A DNA stretch of 64,000 bases. Source: a bacterium. Its GTDB lineage: Bacteria; Patescibacteriota; Microgenomatia; Levybacterales; UBA12049. Under the pieces are notes generated by a model. It was not told the origin of the DNA, ran no database searches, and saw only the letters and a program-made list of their open reading frames with translations. The stretch's first letter is position 1. Each line of letters opens with the position of its first letter. This document shows, one piece after another, positions 47,401 through 57,437 of this stretch. The translations under genes and the position numbers were made by a program. Location: positions 65,001 through 129,000 of the forward strand of contig JAJYDJ010000003.1 of assembly GCA_021777565.1 (NCBI GenBank), given 5' to 3'.

Positions 47401-48336
47401 TTACCAGGGTTTAAAGGTACTTTGATTGAGCCAATTAAGCAGATCCTGCCCTCTACGAACGCCTGGCCTGAGTCGATACAGAAAGTAACGATTGTCATTA
47501 CTCTGGACAATTCCGGGGATGGTTGACGTAGCAGTGCGGAATCCTACACCTCTGATGACATCAATACTTTGTGCATCAAATGCACCAAATGGATAAGCGA
47601 AAGATACGACCGGTTTGCCGGTGATAGCTTCCAACACTACCTTACTCTGTGCTGTCTCGGTAGTATCTTCCTGAAGAGATTTCCCTTTGAGCCAGTCATG
47701 ATGAACAGTGTGTGCACCAATTTCAATAATGCCACTATCTGACATTTCCCTCACTTGCCACGTATACAGATGGTTGGGGTGATCGAGAAAGCCAGAGATA
47801 ACATAATTAGTTGCCTTCACATTATATTTTTTCAAAATTGGGTAGGCATCAGTATAAAAATCCTGGTATCCGTCATCAAAAGTTAGGGCAACTGATGGGG
47901 AGGCAAGTTTTATCTTGCCATCTAAGACATCTGCGACTTCTGACATCGTCAGGAAGGTATATCCGGCGTTTTTCAACGTCTGTACCTGTGCGTCAAGAGT
48001 TGTTGGAAGCGTATCCAGAGAGACGCGTGTCTTATCATTTTTATCTTGTACATACTCTACGTAGTGATACATAAGAATCGGCAGACGTAAAGAGGCGGAG
48101 ATAGTTGCAGACGTATTTTGCGACATTCTCTTTTTTACGTCTGCAGGGATAGAATTCTGATGAATTTCTTTTATTTCACTTCCATTAAGTGATGTATCAA
48201 TTTGTTTGACAATATATCTTTGATATAAAAATCCTAAGACAAAAAAGAGTATGAGTGAGACACCAAAAGAGGTAAAGAAAATAAATTTCTTCTTTTCAAT
48301 TTTTACGTATTGTGCGGCTTTCTGAACTGACTTCAT
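47401..48336 (-). CDS. polysaccharide deacetylase (CE4)
   Basis: There is a TM anchor. LTFDDGY and IGAHTVHHDW are the NodB motifs. Confidence 0.8.
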   Translation of the reverse strand: MKSVQKAAQYVKIEKKKFIFFTSFGVSLILFFVLGFLYQRYIVKQIDTSLNGSEIKEIHQNSIPADVKKRMSQNTSATISASLRLPILMYHYVEYVQDKNDKTRVSLDTLPTTLDAQVQTLKNAGYTFLTMSEVADVLDGKIKLASPSVALTFDDGYQDFYTDAYPILKKYNVKATNYVISGFLDHPNHLYTWQVREMSDSGIIEIGAHTVHHDWLKGKSLQEDTTETAQSKVVLEAITGKPVVSFAYPFGAFDAQSIDVIRGVGFRTATSTIPGIVQSNDNRYFLYRLRPGVRRGQDLLNWLNQSTFKPW

Positions 48337-48337
48337 A

Positions 48338-49897
48338 TTATTGTGGACCAGTATAGTGTTTTAGCTTGTATATGTCTACCACTGACAGATGTGTTTTACT
48401 GACAATATCTGCACGCCCAAATCCTGCGACCTCCCACAAGGAATATCCAAGTGGTGAACATGGCACACTTTCACAAACGATCAGGAGTTGATCCGTCACT
48501 GTCCTGCGCTCTGGATCAACAATTGAATTATCTATTGTCACTGGCGGATGACCCCAGATCGTCAGGTAATATCGGTACGCATAGTCTGAGTTCCCTCCAG
48601 TGATGAGCGCAAAGTTATATGGCTTTCCATTTGTCTCATTCAAGACTTCCTGTGCTATTACTTTTGTCTGTGATACTTGATTATTCGGCGGGTAACGGAA
48701 AGGAAGCTGAAAGATATTTAAAACCAAAATCCCTACGATCACACAAGGGATAAACAAACGGAGCATTCGATTGACATGCCAAAGATAGACAAAAAGACCC
48801 GCGCTCAGCATAATCGAGACCGGGAACAAGAACTCAAAGTAGTATTCATAGATATTTTTTTTGTAAAACCCAAAGCCTACCACGCCAAATGCCAACCACA
48901 AAGCAACAAAGAGATATTTCAAAAAGGTTTCACGATTTTTCTTTCGCACATCTACCAGAAGAAATAAAAATAAACCTACGGCTGCGCATCCAAGGATGAT
49001 GCCTGACCAATTCCACACAGCAAGCTGCCACTGTGCATAATGGGCAAACTCCACGGGTTCTGGGAATGCAAGAACACCGCGGGTGAAAATGCGAGTGAAC
49101 ACATCAACTATCGTTGGGATCATCTGCGCCCCACTCCCTGCATCTTTTGAGTGAAACATGAACGTAATGATATTACGAGTATTCACAAATTGATGTCGAA
49201 GTTCAAATGCAATAATTGGTGAGATACCGACAGCAAACCCAGCACCAAAGACAAGGTAGGCAACAATTAATTTTTTAATCCACGCCATCAGTGGCCTTGT
49301 CCAGAGAATATACCCAATAAACGCAATGACAGCGGCCGCGAAAAAGAGGGTAACAAAATGAAGTTCAAAGGTAATTCCATAGAAAAAACCAGCAAGCAGT
49401 ATCCACTTTTTATTCTCTTTCTTAATGTAGGAAAATAATGACAAAACAGTCAGTAATACAAAAAATGGAACAACATGTGGGTTCCAAGATGATCTAGAGA
49501 ATGTTACTAAAAGTGATGAGGTCGCATACAAGAAAGCCGCAACAAGGCCAACTGCTGGAGAGAATATATCTTTAACAACTCGATAAAGTAAATAAATTGT
49601 CGCTGTGGCAAAAAGCGCTACCATCGCTGCCGGACCGACCGGATCATAGTGGGCTAGCCATAGAAATGGCGCAATCATGTAGTAGTATATTGGCCCAAAG
49701 AAAAAGCCCCCAACACTCGCAGTCGGACCAAGAAGGGTCAATTTCCCATGTAATATCCCATATGCCACCAGTACATCACGTCCTTCATCGCCAAGAAAGA
49801 TCTGGTATGGACCTATCATGTATAGGCGTAGCACTGCACCGATAAGTAAAATGGCACACAAAAGAACCGTATGGATATGTTTGGAAAGAAAGCTCAT
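48338..49897 (-). CDS. polytopic membrane glycosyltransferase (GT39/ArnT/PMT-like)
   Basis: There are about 12 TM helices, typical of lipid-linked-sugar-dependent GT-C enzymes. It lies next to a polyprenyl-phosphate sugar synthase-like GT2. The start is set at M12. Confidence 0.5.
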   Translation of the reverse strand: MSFLSKHIHTVLLCAILLIGAVLRLYMIGPYQIFLGDEGRDVLVAYGILHGKLTLLGPTASVGGFFFGPIYYYMIAPFLWLAHYDPVGPAAMVALFATATIYLLYRVVKDIFSPAVGLVAAFLYATSSLLVTFSRSSWNPHVVPFFVLLTVLSLFSYIKKENKKWILLAGFFYGITFELHFVTLFFAAAVIAFIGYILWTRPLMAWIKKLIVAYLVFGAGFAVGISPIIAFELRHQFVNTRNIITFMFHSKDAGSGAQMIPTIVDVFTRIFTRGVLAFPEPVEFAHYAQWQLAVWNWSGIILGCAAVGLFLFLLVDVRKKNRETFLKYLFVALWLAFGVVGFGFYKKNIYEYYFEFLFPVSIMLSAGLFVYLWHVNRMLRLFIPCVIVGILVLNIFQLPFRYPPNNQVSQTKVIAQEVLNETNGKPYNFALITGGNSDYAYRYYLTIWGHPPVTIDNSIVDPERRTVTDQLLIVCESVPCSPLGYSLWEVAGFGRADIVSKTHLSVVDIYKLKHYTGPQ

Positions 49898-49899
49898 GA

Positions 49900-51075
49900 C
49901 TATTTTTTCTTCAAATGTTGGGTCTTCCAAATAAACTTATTATAGATAATGTAATTCATTGGAATGACGACCAAGATAATTGTTGGGAAGAGAATAAGGA
50001 TTCGTGTTGCAACAGAGTAGCCCAATAGATGCATTTGTACTCCAAAAACTTGTTCAGCAATCCATACCGCAACCACTTGCACCACCACTGCTCCTATGGA
50101 AGTAAAGTTGAACTTCACCAGTTTGACGAAAACATTGGAACTCCCCTCTGTATGTTGTGCATCTGAGAATGTCCACACATGATTCCATAAAAAATTAGAG
50201 AGAATCGCTGTCTCAGCACCAATTCCTACTGCCCATGCATGAGGTGCATGTAAGGCAACTGATCCTTCCTGTGCTACAAGCTGGACGATAAACCCCGTAC
50301 CTCCGACAACTAAAAATTTAATAATACGTTCCCAATCTCTCCAGGCAAGCATGCACACGACATACAAAGACTCAAATTGCTCTGTTTTATTGATTTTACT
50401 GACTCCAACTTCCCTTTCAAGGAAATTGACAGGAATCTCTTTCACCTTAGCTCCTGCTTTGTATGCATCATGAAGGATCTGCATTTTGTAGGCAAATTGC
50501 TTGGAAAGCATATGATCCAAATCAATTTTTTTAAGTATCGATGTTCTTGTCAGCTTAAGACCAGCAGTAATGTCATGAATATCAAATTTGAGCCACATAA
50601 TGCGAGCAAACATGCCACCAAACCGACTGAGGATCTTTCTATCTAGACCCCAGTTCTCAGGGACCGAACCACCTTTGACGTACCTACTCCCAATAACATA
50701 ATCATAGCCTTTGTCCATCTCTGCAATTAGTCGAGGGATATCATGCGGGTTATGCTGAAAATCACAGTCAAATTCAATGACTGCATAGGCATCCATTTCA
50801 TTCATGGCATGCTTCATCGCACGAACATATGCAGCACCGAGTCCTTCTTTCTTCCCCATCAAAAGCTCAATGTTTTTGAACTTTTTCATTTTTTCTTTAA
50901 TAATATCTGCAGTACCATCAGGGGAGGTATCATCAGCGAAAAGAATAACCATTTCATGGTTGGTTATCTGGGGAAAGATTTCATCTTCAAGTACATCGAC
51001 CATACGACCGACATTTTCTTTTTCATTATACGTAGGAATGATAACTACTACTTTTGTTTTTTCTTCTTTCACCAT
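49900..51075 (-). CDS. GT2 glycosyltransferase with C-terminal GtrA-like TM domain (polyprenyl-phosphate sugar synthase-like)
   Basis: VVVIIPTYNEKENV...DDTSPDGT is the classic DPM1/GtrB-like N-terminus. There are four C-terminal TM helices. Confidence 0.8.
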   Translation of the reverse strand: MVKEEKTKVVVIIPTYNEKENVGRMVDVLEDEIFPQITNHEMVILFADDTSPDGTADIIKEKMKKFKNIELLMGKKEGLGAAYVRAMKHAMNEMDAYAVIEFDCDFQHNPHDIPRLIAEMDKGYDYVIGSRYVKGGSVPENWGLDRKILSRFGGMFARIMWLKFDIHDITAGLKLTRTSILKKIDLDHMLSKQFAYKMQILHDAYKAGAKVKEIPVNFLEREVGVSKINKTEQFESLYVVCMLAWRDWERIIKFLVVGGTGFIVQLVAQEGSVALHAPHAWAVGIGAETAILSNFLWNHVWTFSDAQHTEGSSNVFVKLVKFNFTSIGAVVVQVVAVWIAEQVFGVQMHLLGYSVATRILILFPTIILVVIPMNYIIYNKFIWKTQHLKKK

Positions 51076-51107
51076 ATAAAAAGTATATCAGGATTTTTAT
51101 CAAGTTA

Positions 51108-52517
51108 CTATTCTTTTGTCCCTCGCATGTAAATAGCTTGCCATGGTCGATAATTACTCACAAATGTATCCTGGGCCAATACATCATTTCCTCGTGTCAC
51201 GGTACGTGAGAAGCTCACGTGAGCACCCCACGCAGAGAAATCCACCTGTTTAAGAACGCCTTTTGCAAGGGTTGGGTCATCAACATACAAATCTGGGGGT
51301 GGTGGTGCCTGTCCTGTTACCACGGGGGTTGTCATAGAGACTTTTCTGCCATCACTTGTTCCATACATATCAAACGTAAGGCGCATATTTGTTGTATCTG
51401 CAGTTGCTTGAATAAGAATCCAGTGGCCGGTATTATTGGTGAATTTAAGGTCAACGGTAGGCACATTGACTGCCGCATCGATTCCAGGTGGCCCATCTTC
51501 CTCATAATACCCAACTCGATAGTCATGTGGATGGCGTTCATTAATCGGAAGTCCTGCATCAAGTGCCGCACGGAAAAGTGTGGTTGAGACCTGACATACG
51601 CCCCCTCCATCACCCAAAATTGTTCTTCCTCCCGAGATTACATATGCTTGCTGATATCCCGTTTGTGCTGAAATATCACCCACTGTCTTTGCAAAAGAGA
51701 ACTCCTCACCAGGAGCGATGAGCACACCATTCAGCTTACTCGTCGCTAGAGAGATATTGTAAATGCGATTAGGAATTGAGTGGTAATACAGAGAAGTGCC
51801 ATGGCCAATGAGTTCTTTAATACCAAGGTTATTTGCGCCATCCGTGCTTACTCGCGGTTTAATCACTTTTACTGGAATATCAATGTGTATTGGTTCTGTG
51901 CTTTTCATCATGAGCCTCCCTACTAACTGATTCTCAAGAGTTGTTCTCAGCGCATCAATATCCACATCCTGCCCATCTTTGGAAAGTTGGAAGGCAGTCA
52001 CTTTATTGTTGCTAAAGGTAAACAGTCCATCCACAGGATCTTTTTTTACCGTCGCAGAGAAGGACGCAACGATATCCCGCAGCGCATCGTCACTATAGCT
52101 ATAGGAAGCTGGTAGGTTAATACCGTACATATAACTTCCGACAATCTGTGAGATATTAGAGACAAGCGATGGAGAGCGTCCAAGGACATATGCTTGATCA
52201 GCCAACAAGTCAGCATTGTAGCCAAACTGAAGTTGCTGAGCAGATACAGTAGCAACTTGATTCTGATATGAAAAAGTGATTTGGGTTTGGGCAATGGAGG
52301 TGTTTTGCCCTATGAGATACTCTTTTACTTGCTGCTGCGTTTTACCCCCAACATCATGACCTACGACATGAATACCTGGGTACACATAATTCCCATATAT
52401 TTGTTGAAAAATAATGATAATAAAGCTAAGTGAGAAGAAAAGACCTAGACTTGCTCCAACAATAAACCAGAATACACTTTTTCCTACATGCTTCGCTTTC
52501 TGTTTCATTGCCGACAT
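51108..52517 (-). CDS. VanW-family protein
   Basis: There is an N-terminal TM helix. GGGVCQVSTTLFRAALDAGL is the VanW core. Confidence 0.8.
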   Translation of the reverse strand: MSAMKQKAKHVGKSVFWFIVGASLGLFFSLSFIIIIFQQIYGNYVYPGIHVVGHDVGGKTQQQVKEYLIGQNTSIAQTQITFSYQNQVATVSAQQLQFGYNADLLADQAYVLGRSPSLVSNISQIVGSYMYGINLPASYSYSDDALRDIVASFSATVKKDPVDGLFTFSNNKVTAFQLSKDGQDVDIDALRTTLENQLVGRLMMKSTEPIHIDIPVKVIKPRVSTDGANNLGIKELIGHGTSLYYHSIPNRIYNISLATSKLNGVLIAPGEEFSFAKTVGDISAQTGYQQAYVISGGRTILGDGGGVCQVSTTLFRAALDAGLPINERHPHDYRVGYYEEDGPPGIDAAVNVPTVDLKFTNNTGHWILIQATADTTNMRLTFDMYGTSDGRKVSMTTPVVTGQAPPPPDLYVDDPTLAKGVLKQVDFSAWGAHVSFSRTVTRGNDVLAQDTFVSNYRPWQAIYMRGTKE

Positions 52518-52545
52518 ACATTGTATAGTATATCATTATACGTAT

Positions 52546-54117
52546 ATGGATCCATTGCAAACAATGCCAGGGCAAACTACTCCATCAGTTCCACCAATTG
52601 ATTCTCTCAACCCTGTCCCACCAGCACCTGCAGATATGAATCCCCAGACTGCTCCGACTGTGCCTCCAACAAATCCTGCTGCGGCAACACCTCTCACCTC
52701 AACAGAGATTCCTTTATCCACACTGCCTCAAACATTTGGGGCTCAGTCGCCTTTCGCAAACAATCCAGCTGGTACGCCACCACCTGCCATGCCATCCCAT
52801 CCTATGCTTGAAGAAGAACATTCTGGGATGCCAATTTTCATTAAGATTGCAGCGGTTCTGTTGGTCGTCTTTGCTGTAATAGCACTGGTTTTATTCCTCT
52901 TTTCGATGAGAAAAGCAAGCAGCGATACACAAAAGGTAACACTTACCTACTGGGGGCTGTGGGAAGACAAGAGCGTGATGGCAAATGTATTAAATGATTT
53001 TACCAAACAACACCCGAATATCACTGTCGACTATATACAACAAGACCCAAAACAATATACAGAGAGACTTATTACCAGAATTCAGGGAGGCAATGGTCCT
53101 GATGTATTTAGATTCCACAACACATGGCTGCCATTTCTCCAGCCACTCATGACGCCTCTGAGTAAAGAAACTATTTCGCCGCAGGATTTCAATACCAATT
53201 ATTATCCGGTTATTCGTTCTGACTTGAGTAAAAATGGAGCCATTTATGGAGTTCCTCTTGAGATCGACACCTTGGCGATGTTTGTCAACACTGACCTTCT
53301 CAAGAAAGCCGGTGTATCAGTCCCTACGACCTGGAATGATTTTGTCACTGATGCGCGCACCCTTACTGTCGTAGATGCTAATGGCAAAATCCAAACGGCA
53401 GGGGCTGCTATAGGGACCTATGACAATGTCACCCACGCGCCAGACATTCTTTCCATGCTTTTTGTACAAAGTGGCGTTAACCCAATCAACTTCTCTCAAA
53501 ATGCACAGAATGCCGGAGACGCACTTTCTTTCTATACGTCATTTGCTCTTGGAAAGACTGCGGTCTGGGATAGTTCGCAAGAGCAGGCATGGAGTATGTT
53601 CGCCAAAGGTAAGGTTGCTATTTATTTCGGATACTCATGGGACGTGTTCCAAATTAAAGCAGTTAACCCCACCTTGCCATTTGCAGTATATCCAGTCCCA
53701 CACTTACCGGGTAGCAAAGCAACCATTGCGAGTTATTGGGCAGAAGGCATTTCAAACAAAAGTACTCATCAACAAGAAGCACAATTACTTTTGGCATATC
53801 TCAGTAAGAAAGAGACACTGCAAAAGTTGTACACGGAAGAGTCAAAGGTTCGTCTTTTTGGGGAGCCATATCCACGAATTGATTTAGCAAGTACAGTGAA
53901 GGACAATCCTTATATTGCTCCTTTCCTCGCTGCTGCACCAGATGCAGTATCTTCCTACTTCGTTGGCAACACCTATGACTCGGCTGTGAACATTCCATTG
54001 GATAATTACCTCGGAGATGCAGTGAGATCAGTGCTCAGTAACACCTCAGCTCAGACAGCCATTACGACCCTCTCACAAGGGACTGCCCAAGTCCTTTCAA
54101 GATATGGCATTAAGTAG
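52546..54117 (+). CDS. ABC transporter extracellular solute-binding protein (family 1) with Pro-rich N-terminal extension and TM anchor
   Basis: About 100 aa of Pro/Thr-rich sequence is followed by a TM helix, then KVTLTYWGLWED... in an SBP_bac_1-like fold. The start is taken at ATG 52546. Confidence 0.7.
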   Translation: MDPLQTMPGQTTPSVPPIDSLNPVPPAPADMNPQTAPTVPPTNPAAATPLTSTEIPLSTLPQTFGAQSPFANNPAGTPPPAMPSHPMLEEEHSGMPIFIKIAAVLLVVFAVIALVLFLFSMRKASSDTQKVTLTYWGLWEDKSVMANVLNDFTKQHPNITVDYIQQDPKQYTERLITRIQGGNGPDVFRFHNTWLPFLQPLMTPLSKETISPQDFNTNYYPVIRSDLSKNGAIYGVPLEIDTLAMFVNTDLLKKAGVSVPTTWNDFVTDARTLTVVDANGKIQTAGAAIGTYDNVTHAPDILSMLFVQSGVNPINFSQNAQNAGDALSFYTSFALGKTAVWDSSQEQAWSMFAKGKVAIYFGYSWDVFQIKAVNPTLPFAVYPVPHLPGSKATIASYWAEGISNKSTHQQEAQLLLAYLSKKETLQKLYTEESKVRLFGEPYPRIDLASTVKDNPYIAPFLAAAPDAVSSYFVGNTYDSAVNIPLDNYLGDAVRSVLSNTSAQTAITTLSQGTAQVLSRYGIK

Positions 54118-54982
54118 TCTTGAGTCTTCCATCCTTGCAACAGTAGCCTATGCAGATGTGTTTTCATTTCCACTATCTGAGGCTGAGCTCTGGTACTATT
54201 TCTATCCAGTCCAAGCCTGCAGGCTGAATAAAACACTTTTCCGCCAGTCTCTCACTCATTTGATCGAAAGAAAATATCTACGCCAAGAATCTGGATACAT
54301 CACGTTCTATAATCAGACTAAATCGCTGGTCAATCGAGAGAAATCAGAAAAATATACGCAAGCAAAAGTGTCTTTTTCGAAATTTTATGCATCCATTCTT
54401 TTTTGCATCCCCTCCATTTTATTCATTGGTATCTCTGGATCTGTGGCTGCACATAATGCAGTGCGAGATGATGATATTGATTTCATTATTATTTGTGAAC
54501 AAGGGACGATTTGGGCGACACGTTTCCTAGTATATTTTGTACTCAAATTACTCAACTCAAAGAGAAAAAGAAACGAAGACAATCCAAACAACAAAATTTG
54601 CACAAATTTTTTTATCACTAATCGATCACTTTCTATGTCCAAAAATAGACGAAATATTTACACAGCTCATGAAATAGCTAATATACTCCCCCTATTTGAT
54701 CGCAATAATACCTATCAGCAATTTTGGGCTAACAATGCATGGGTACACGAATTCCTTCCTCATGTAAAAAATGTCGTCATAGAAACCGACCGGAGACGAA
54801 ACGCTACAACACGTGCCCTCTTACGTCTTCTTAACCCAATTGTGAAATACCCTCAGATTTGGTACATGCATCCACACCTTACGAACGAAACGATAACTGA
54901 TGATATGCTAGCGTTTCATCCTCGTGACGCAATGTCTGATACATTGAAAGCCTTCAACAAGATACTCACCCAATTGCATTGA
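54104..54982 (+). CDS. nucleotidyltransferase-fold protein (Pol-beta superfamily candidate)
   Basis: GISGSVAAHNAVRDDDIDFII matches the GS...D.D minimal NTase motif. Confidence 0.4.
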   Translation: MALSSLESSILATVAYADVFSFPLSEAELWYYFYPVQACRLNKTLFRQSLTHLIERKYLRQESGYITFYNQTKSLVNREKSEKYTQAKVSFSKFYASILFCIPSILFIGISGSVAAHNAVRDDDIDFIIICEQGTIWATRFLVYFVLKLLNSKRKRNEDNPNNKICTNFFITNRSLSMSKNRRNIYTAHEIANILPLFDRNNTYQQFWANNAWVHEFLPHVKNVVIETDRRRNATTRALLRLLNPIVKYPQIWYMHPHLTNETITDDMLAFHPRDAMSDTLKAFNKILTQLH

Positions 54983-55168
54983 CTGCAGACTGTATTGTGA
55001 CATAGACCACATATATTGTGGTCGGCAAAACAACAACAATTATTCTATTTAGGTTGATATGACAGCACAAACCCACAATTACTAGAGGTTATTGACAAAT
55101 CCTGATAAGTTGTCTAACATGCGTTAAGTAACTTCCCAGACCTAGTGTGTTGGGAATTTATTTTTTTT

Positions 55169-55639
55169 ATGCAACCTAAGAAAATTTATGTAACAAAAGA
55201 AGGACTCGCAGACCTGCAAAAGGAATACGATGACTTAACTAAGAAAAAGCGCCCAGAACTTCTGGAAGCTCTTTCAAGTGCTCGTGCAGAAGGCGATCTC
55301 TCTGAGAACGCTGAGTACCAAGCTGCTAAGCAGGACCTCGCATTCATTGATGGTCGCATTGATGAACTCGAAGAGATGCTCAAGCAGGCTGAAATTATTG
55401 TAGAAGACAAGAAGAGTGGCAACAAAGTTGTAGAGCTTGGTTCTGAGGTAACAGTAAAAATTGGTGCAAAAGAGCATGTGTACAAACTCGTTGGGGAATG
55501 GGAAGCAGCTCCTGCAGAAAAAAAGATTTCACATGAATCTCCTCTGGGGAAGGCTCTCCTTGGCAAAGTAGTTGGCGATACTATCGAAGTAGATGCGCCA
55601 GCAGGAAAAGTGGCATACACTATCGTTGCTATTGCATAA
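55169..55639 (+). CDS. greA: transcription elongation factor GreA
   Basis: GDLSENAEYQAAKQ is the acidic coiled-coil tip. The C-terminal FKBP-like domain is present. The start is set at MQPKK. Confidence 0.9.
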   Translation: MQPKKIYVTKEGLADLQKEYDDLTKKKRPELLEALSSARAEGDLSENAEYQAAKQDLAFIDGRIDELEEMLKQAEIIVEDKKSGNKVVELGSEVTVKIGAKEHVYKLVGEWEAAPAEKKISHESPLGKALLGKVVGDTIEVDAPAGKVAYTIVAIA

Positions 55640-55668
55640 ACTCTCCTCCTATCGCGTATCATACAGAT

Positions 55669-57411
55669 ATGCAGTCACCAACCCTTCTCAAAAATCTCAA
55701 TGATTTGAAGATAACGCCAAATCTTACTGAGTACGTATCTCAAAGCCAACCGCAATGGGACAGTCTCGCGAAAGACATCCCATCCTTCTCTGAGGGGATA
55801 AAACATATTACCTATCACTGTCTAGACTTTCACCTGATGCAAAGCACGAAGGATAAGGAGGCACTGCTTTTCTGGAATAAAGAAGATATGAAGGAAAGCT
55901 ATACGTATGCCGATCTCGCAACACTCTCAAACAAATTTGCACACGTGCTATCCACGCAAGAAGTAGTGAAAGGCGATAGAGTATGTATTTTTCTTCCAAC
56001 GATTCCAGAGCGTCTCGTGACCTTCCTTGGGACACTCAGAACAGGTGCTATCGTACTCCCACTTTTTGCCGCGTTTCAAGAGATGGCACTTCTTGACAGG
56101 CTGAAAGATAGTGAAGCGAAAGTCGTTGTCACAACACATGAGTTATATCCTCGCATCCACAAAATCATGCACAATCTCCCACATCTCAAGAAAATTATTA
56201 TTATCCAGAGAGGCTCTTTTGAGATGCCAACTGGGGATCAGATTGTATCCTACAACGAATATATGGCAGAGGCGCCAGATGTCTATATCTCTCCCGAGAT
56301 TTTACCCACTGATCCGGCATTTATGCTCTATACGTCCGGGACCACTGGCAAGCCAAAAGGTATTATACACACACACAAAGATGTGATCGGGGCAGCGGTG
56401 ACAAGTAAGTATGTTCTTGACCTGCATGAGGATGATATCTACTGGTGCACTGCGGACCTTGGATGGGTCACAGGAGTTGTGTACGGAGTTATTGGGCCCC
56501 TCACACTGGGTGTGACGACTGTGGGCTACGAAGGGAGATTCTCTGCAACCAATTGGTATAGTGTCCTGGAGAAAAGTAATGTCAGTGTCTGGTATACCGC
56601 ACCAACTGCTATTCGCATGCTTATGGGGTCAGAGACCACTCCAAGCGACTATCACTTCCCTGCACTACGTCTTCTGGCAAGTGTTGGTGAGCCACTTAAT
56701 CCTGAAGGCATTTGGTGGGGGCTTGAGAAGTTTGGCCTCCCTTTTCACGATACATGGTGGCAAACAGAGTTAGGGTGTATCTGTATCACCAATTTCGCCT
56801 CTATGGACATCAAACCAGGCTCCATGGGCAAACCTTTCCCAGGCATCAAAGCAGCCATTCTCGATGATGACGGAGAAGTACTTCCCACAGGACAGGAGGG
56901 CATGCTTGCTCTGGATAAGACAACTATTCAGCCACTTATGGATGCTATTTGGAAAAATTCTGAGAAGTACCAGTCTTACTTCCATAACAATTGGTATCTG
57001 TCCGGGGACAGAGCCTATCAAGATGAAGACGGATATTTCTGGTTTGTGGGACGAGCGGACGATATTATTAACACGAGCGGAGAACGCGTTGGGCCTTTTG
57101 AAGTTGAGAGCGCGCTGGTTGCACATCCTGATGTCGTAGAAGCAGGTGTTATCGGATATCCTGATGAACTGCGTGGAGAGATTGTGATGGCATGTGTTGT
57201 TCTTAAGCCAAATATCACCCCATCAGATGAGTTGATAAAAGACATTGAAATATTTGTGAAGCAACATCTTTCAGGGTATGCATACCCAAGAAAAATAGTA
57301 TTTGTTGATAAACTTCCAAAAACACGCAGTGGCAAAATCATGAGACGAGTACTCAAGGCTCGTGTACTAGGACTTCCTGAGGGAGATACTTCTACGCTTG
57401 AGGAGTATTAA
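55669..57411 (+). CDS. acetyl-CoA synthetase-like AMP-forming acyl-CoA ligase
   Basis: The AMP-binding motif is YTSGTTGKPKG. The Acs-typical motif DTWWQTE is present. The C-terminal PKTRSGKIMRR is present. Confidence 0.85.
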   Translation: MQSPTLLKNLNDLKITPNLTEYVSQSQPQWDSLAKDIPSFSEGIKHITYHCLDFHLMQSTKDKEALLFWNKEDMKESYTYADLATLSNKFAHVLSTQEVVKGDRVCIFLPTIPERLVTFLGTLRTGAIVLPLFAAFQEMALLDRLKDSEAKVVVTTHELYPRIHKIMHNLPHLKKIIIIQRGSFEMPTGDQIVSYNEYMAEAPDVYISPEILPTDPAFMLYTSGTTGKPKGIIHTHKDVIGAAVTSKYVLDLHEDDIYWCTADLGWVTGVVYGVIGPLTLGVTTVGYEGRFSATNWYSVLEKSNVSVWYTAPTAIRMLMGSETTPSDYHFPALRLLASVGEPLNPEGIWWGLEKFGLPFHDTWWQTELGCICITNFASMDIKPGSMGKPFPGIKAAILDDDGEVLPTGQEGMLALDKTTIQPLMDAIWKNSEKYQSYFHNNWYLSGDRAYQDEDGYFWFVGRADDIINTSGERVGPFEVESALVAHPDVVEAGVIGYPDELRGEIVMACVVLKPNITPSDELIKDIEIFVKQHLSGYAYPRKIVFVDKLPKTRSGKIMRRVLKARVLGLPEGDTSTLEEY

Positions 57412-57437
57412 GGCCATCTGGTACACTAGGTACTGGT

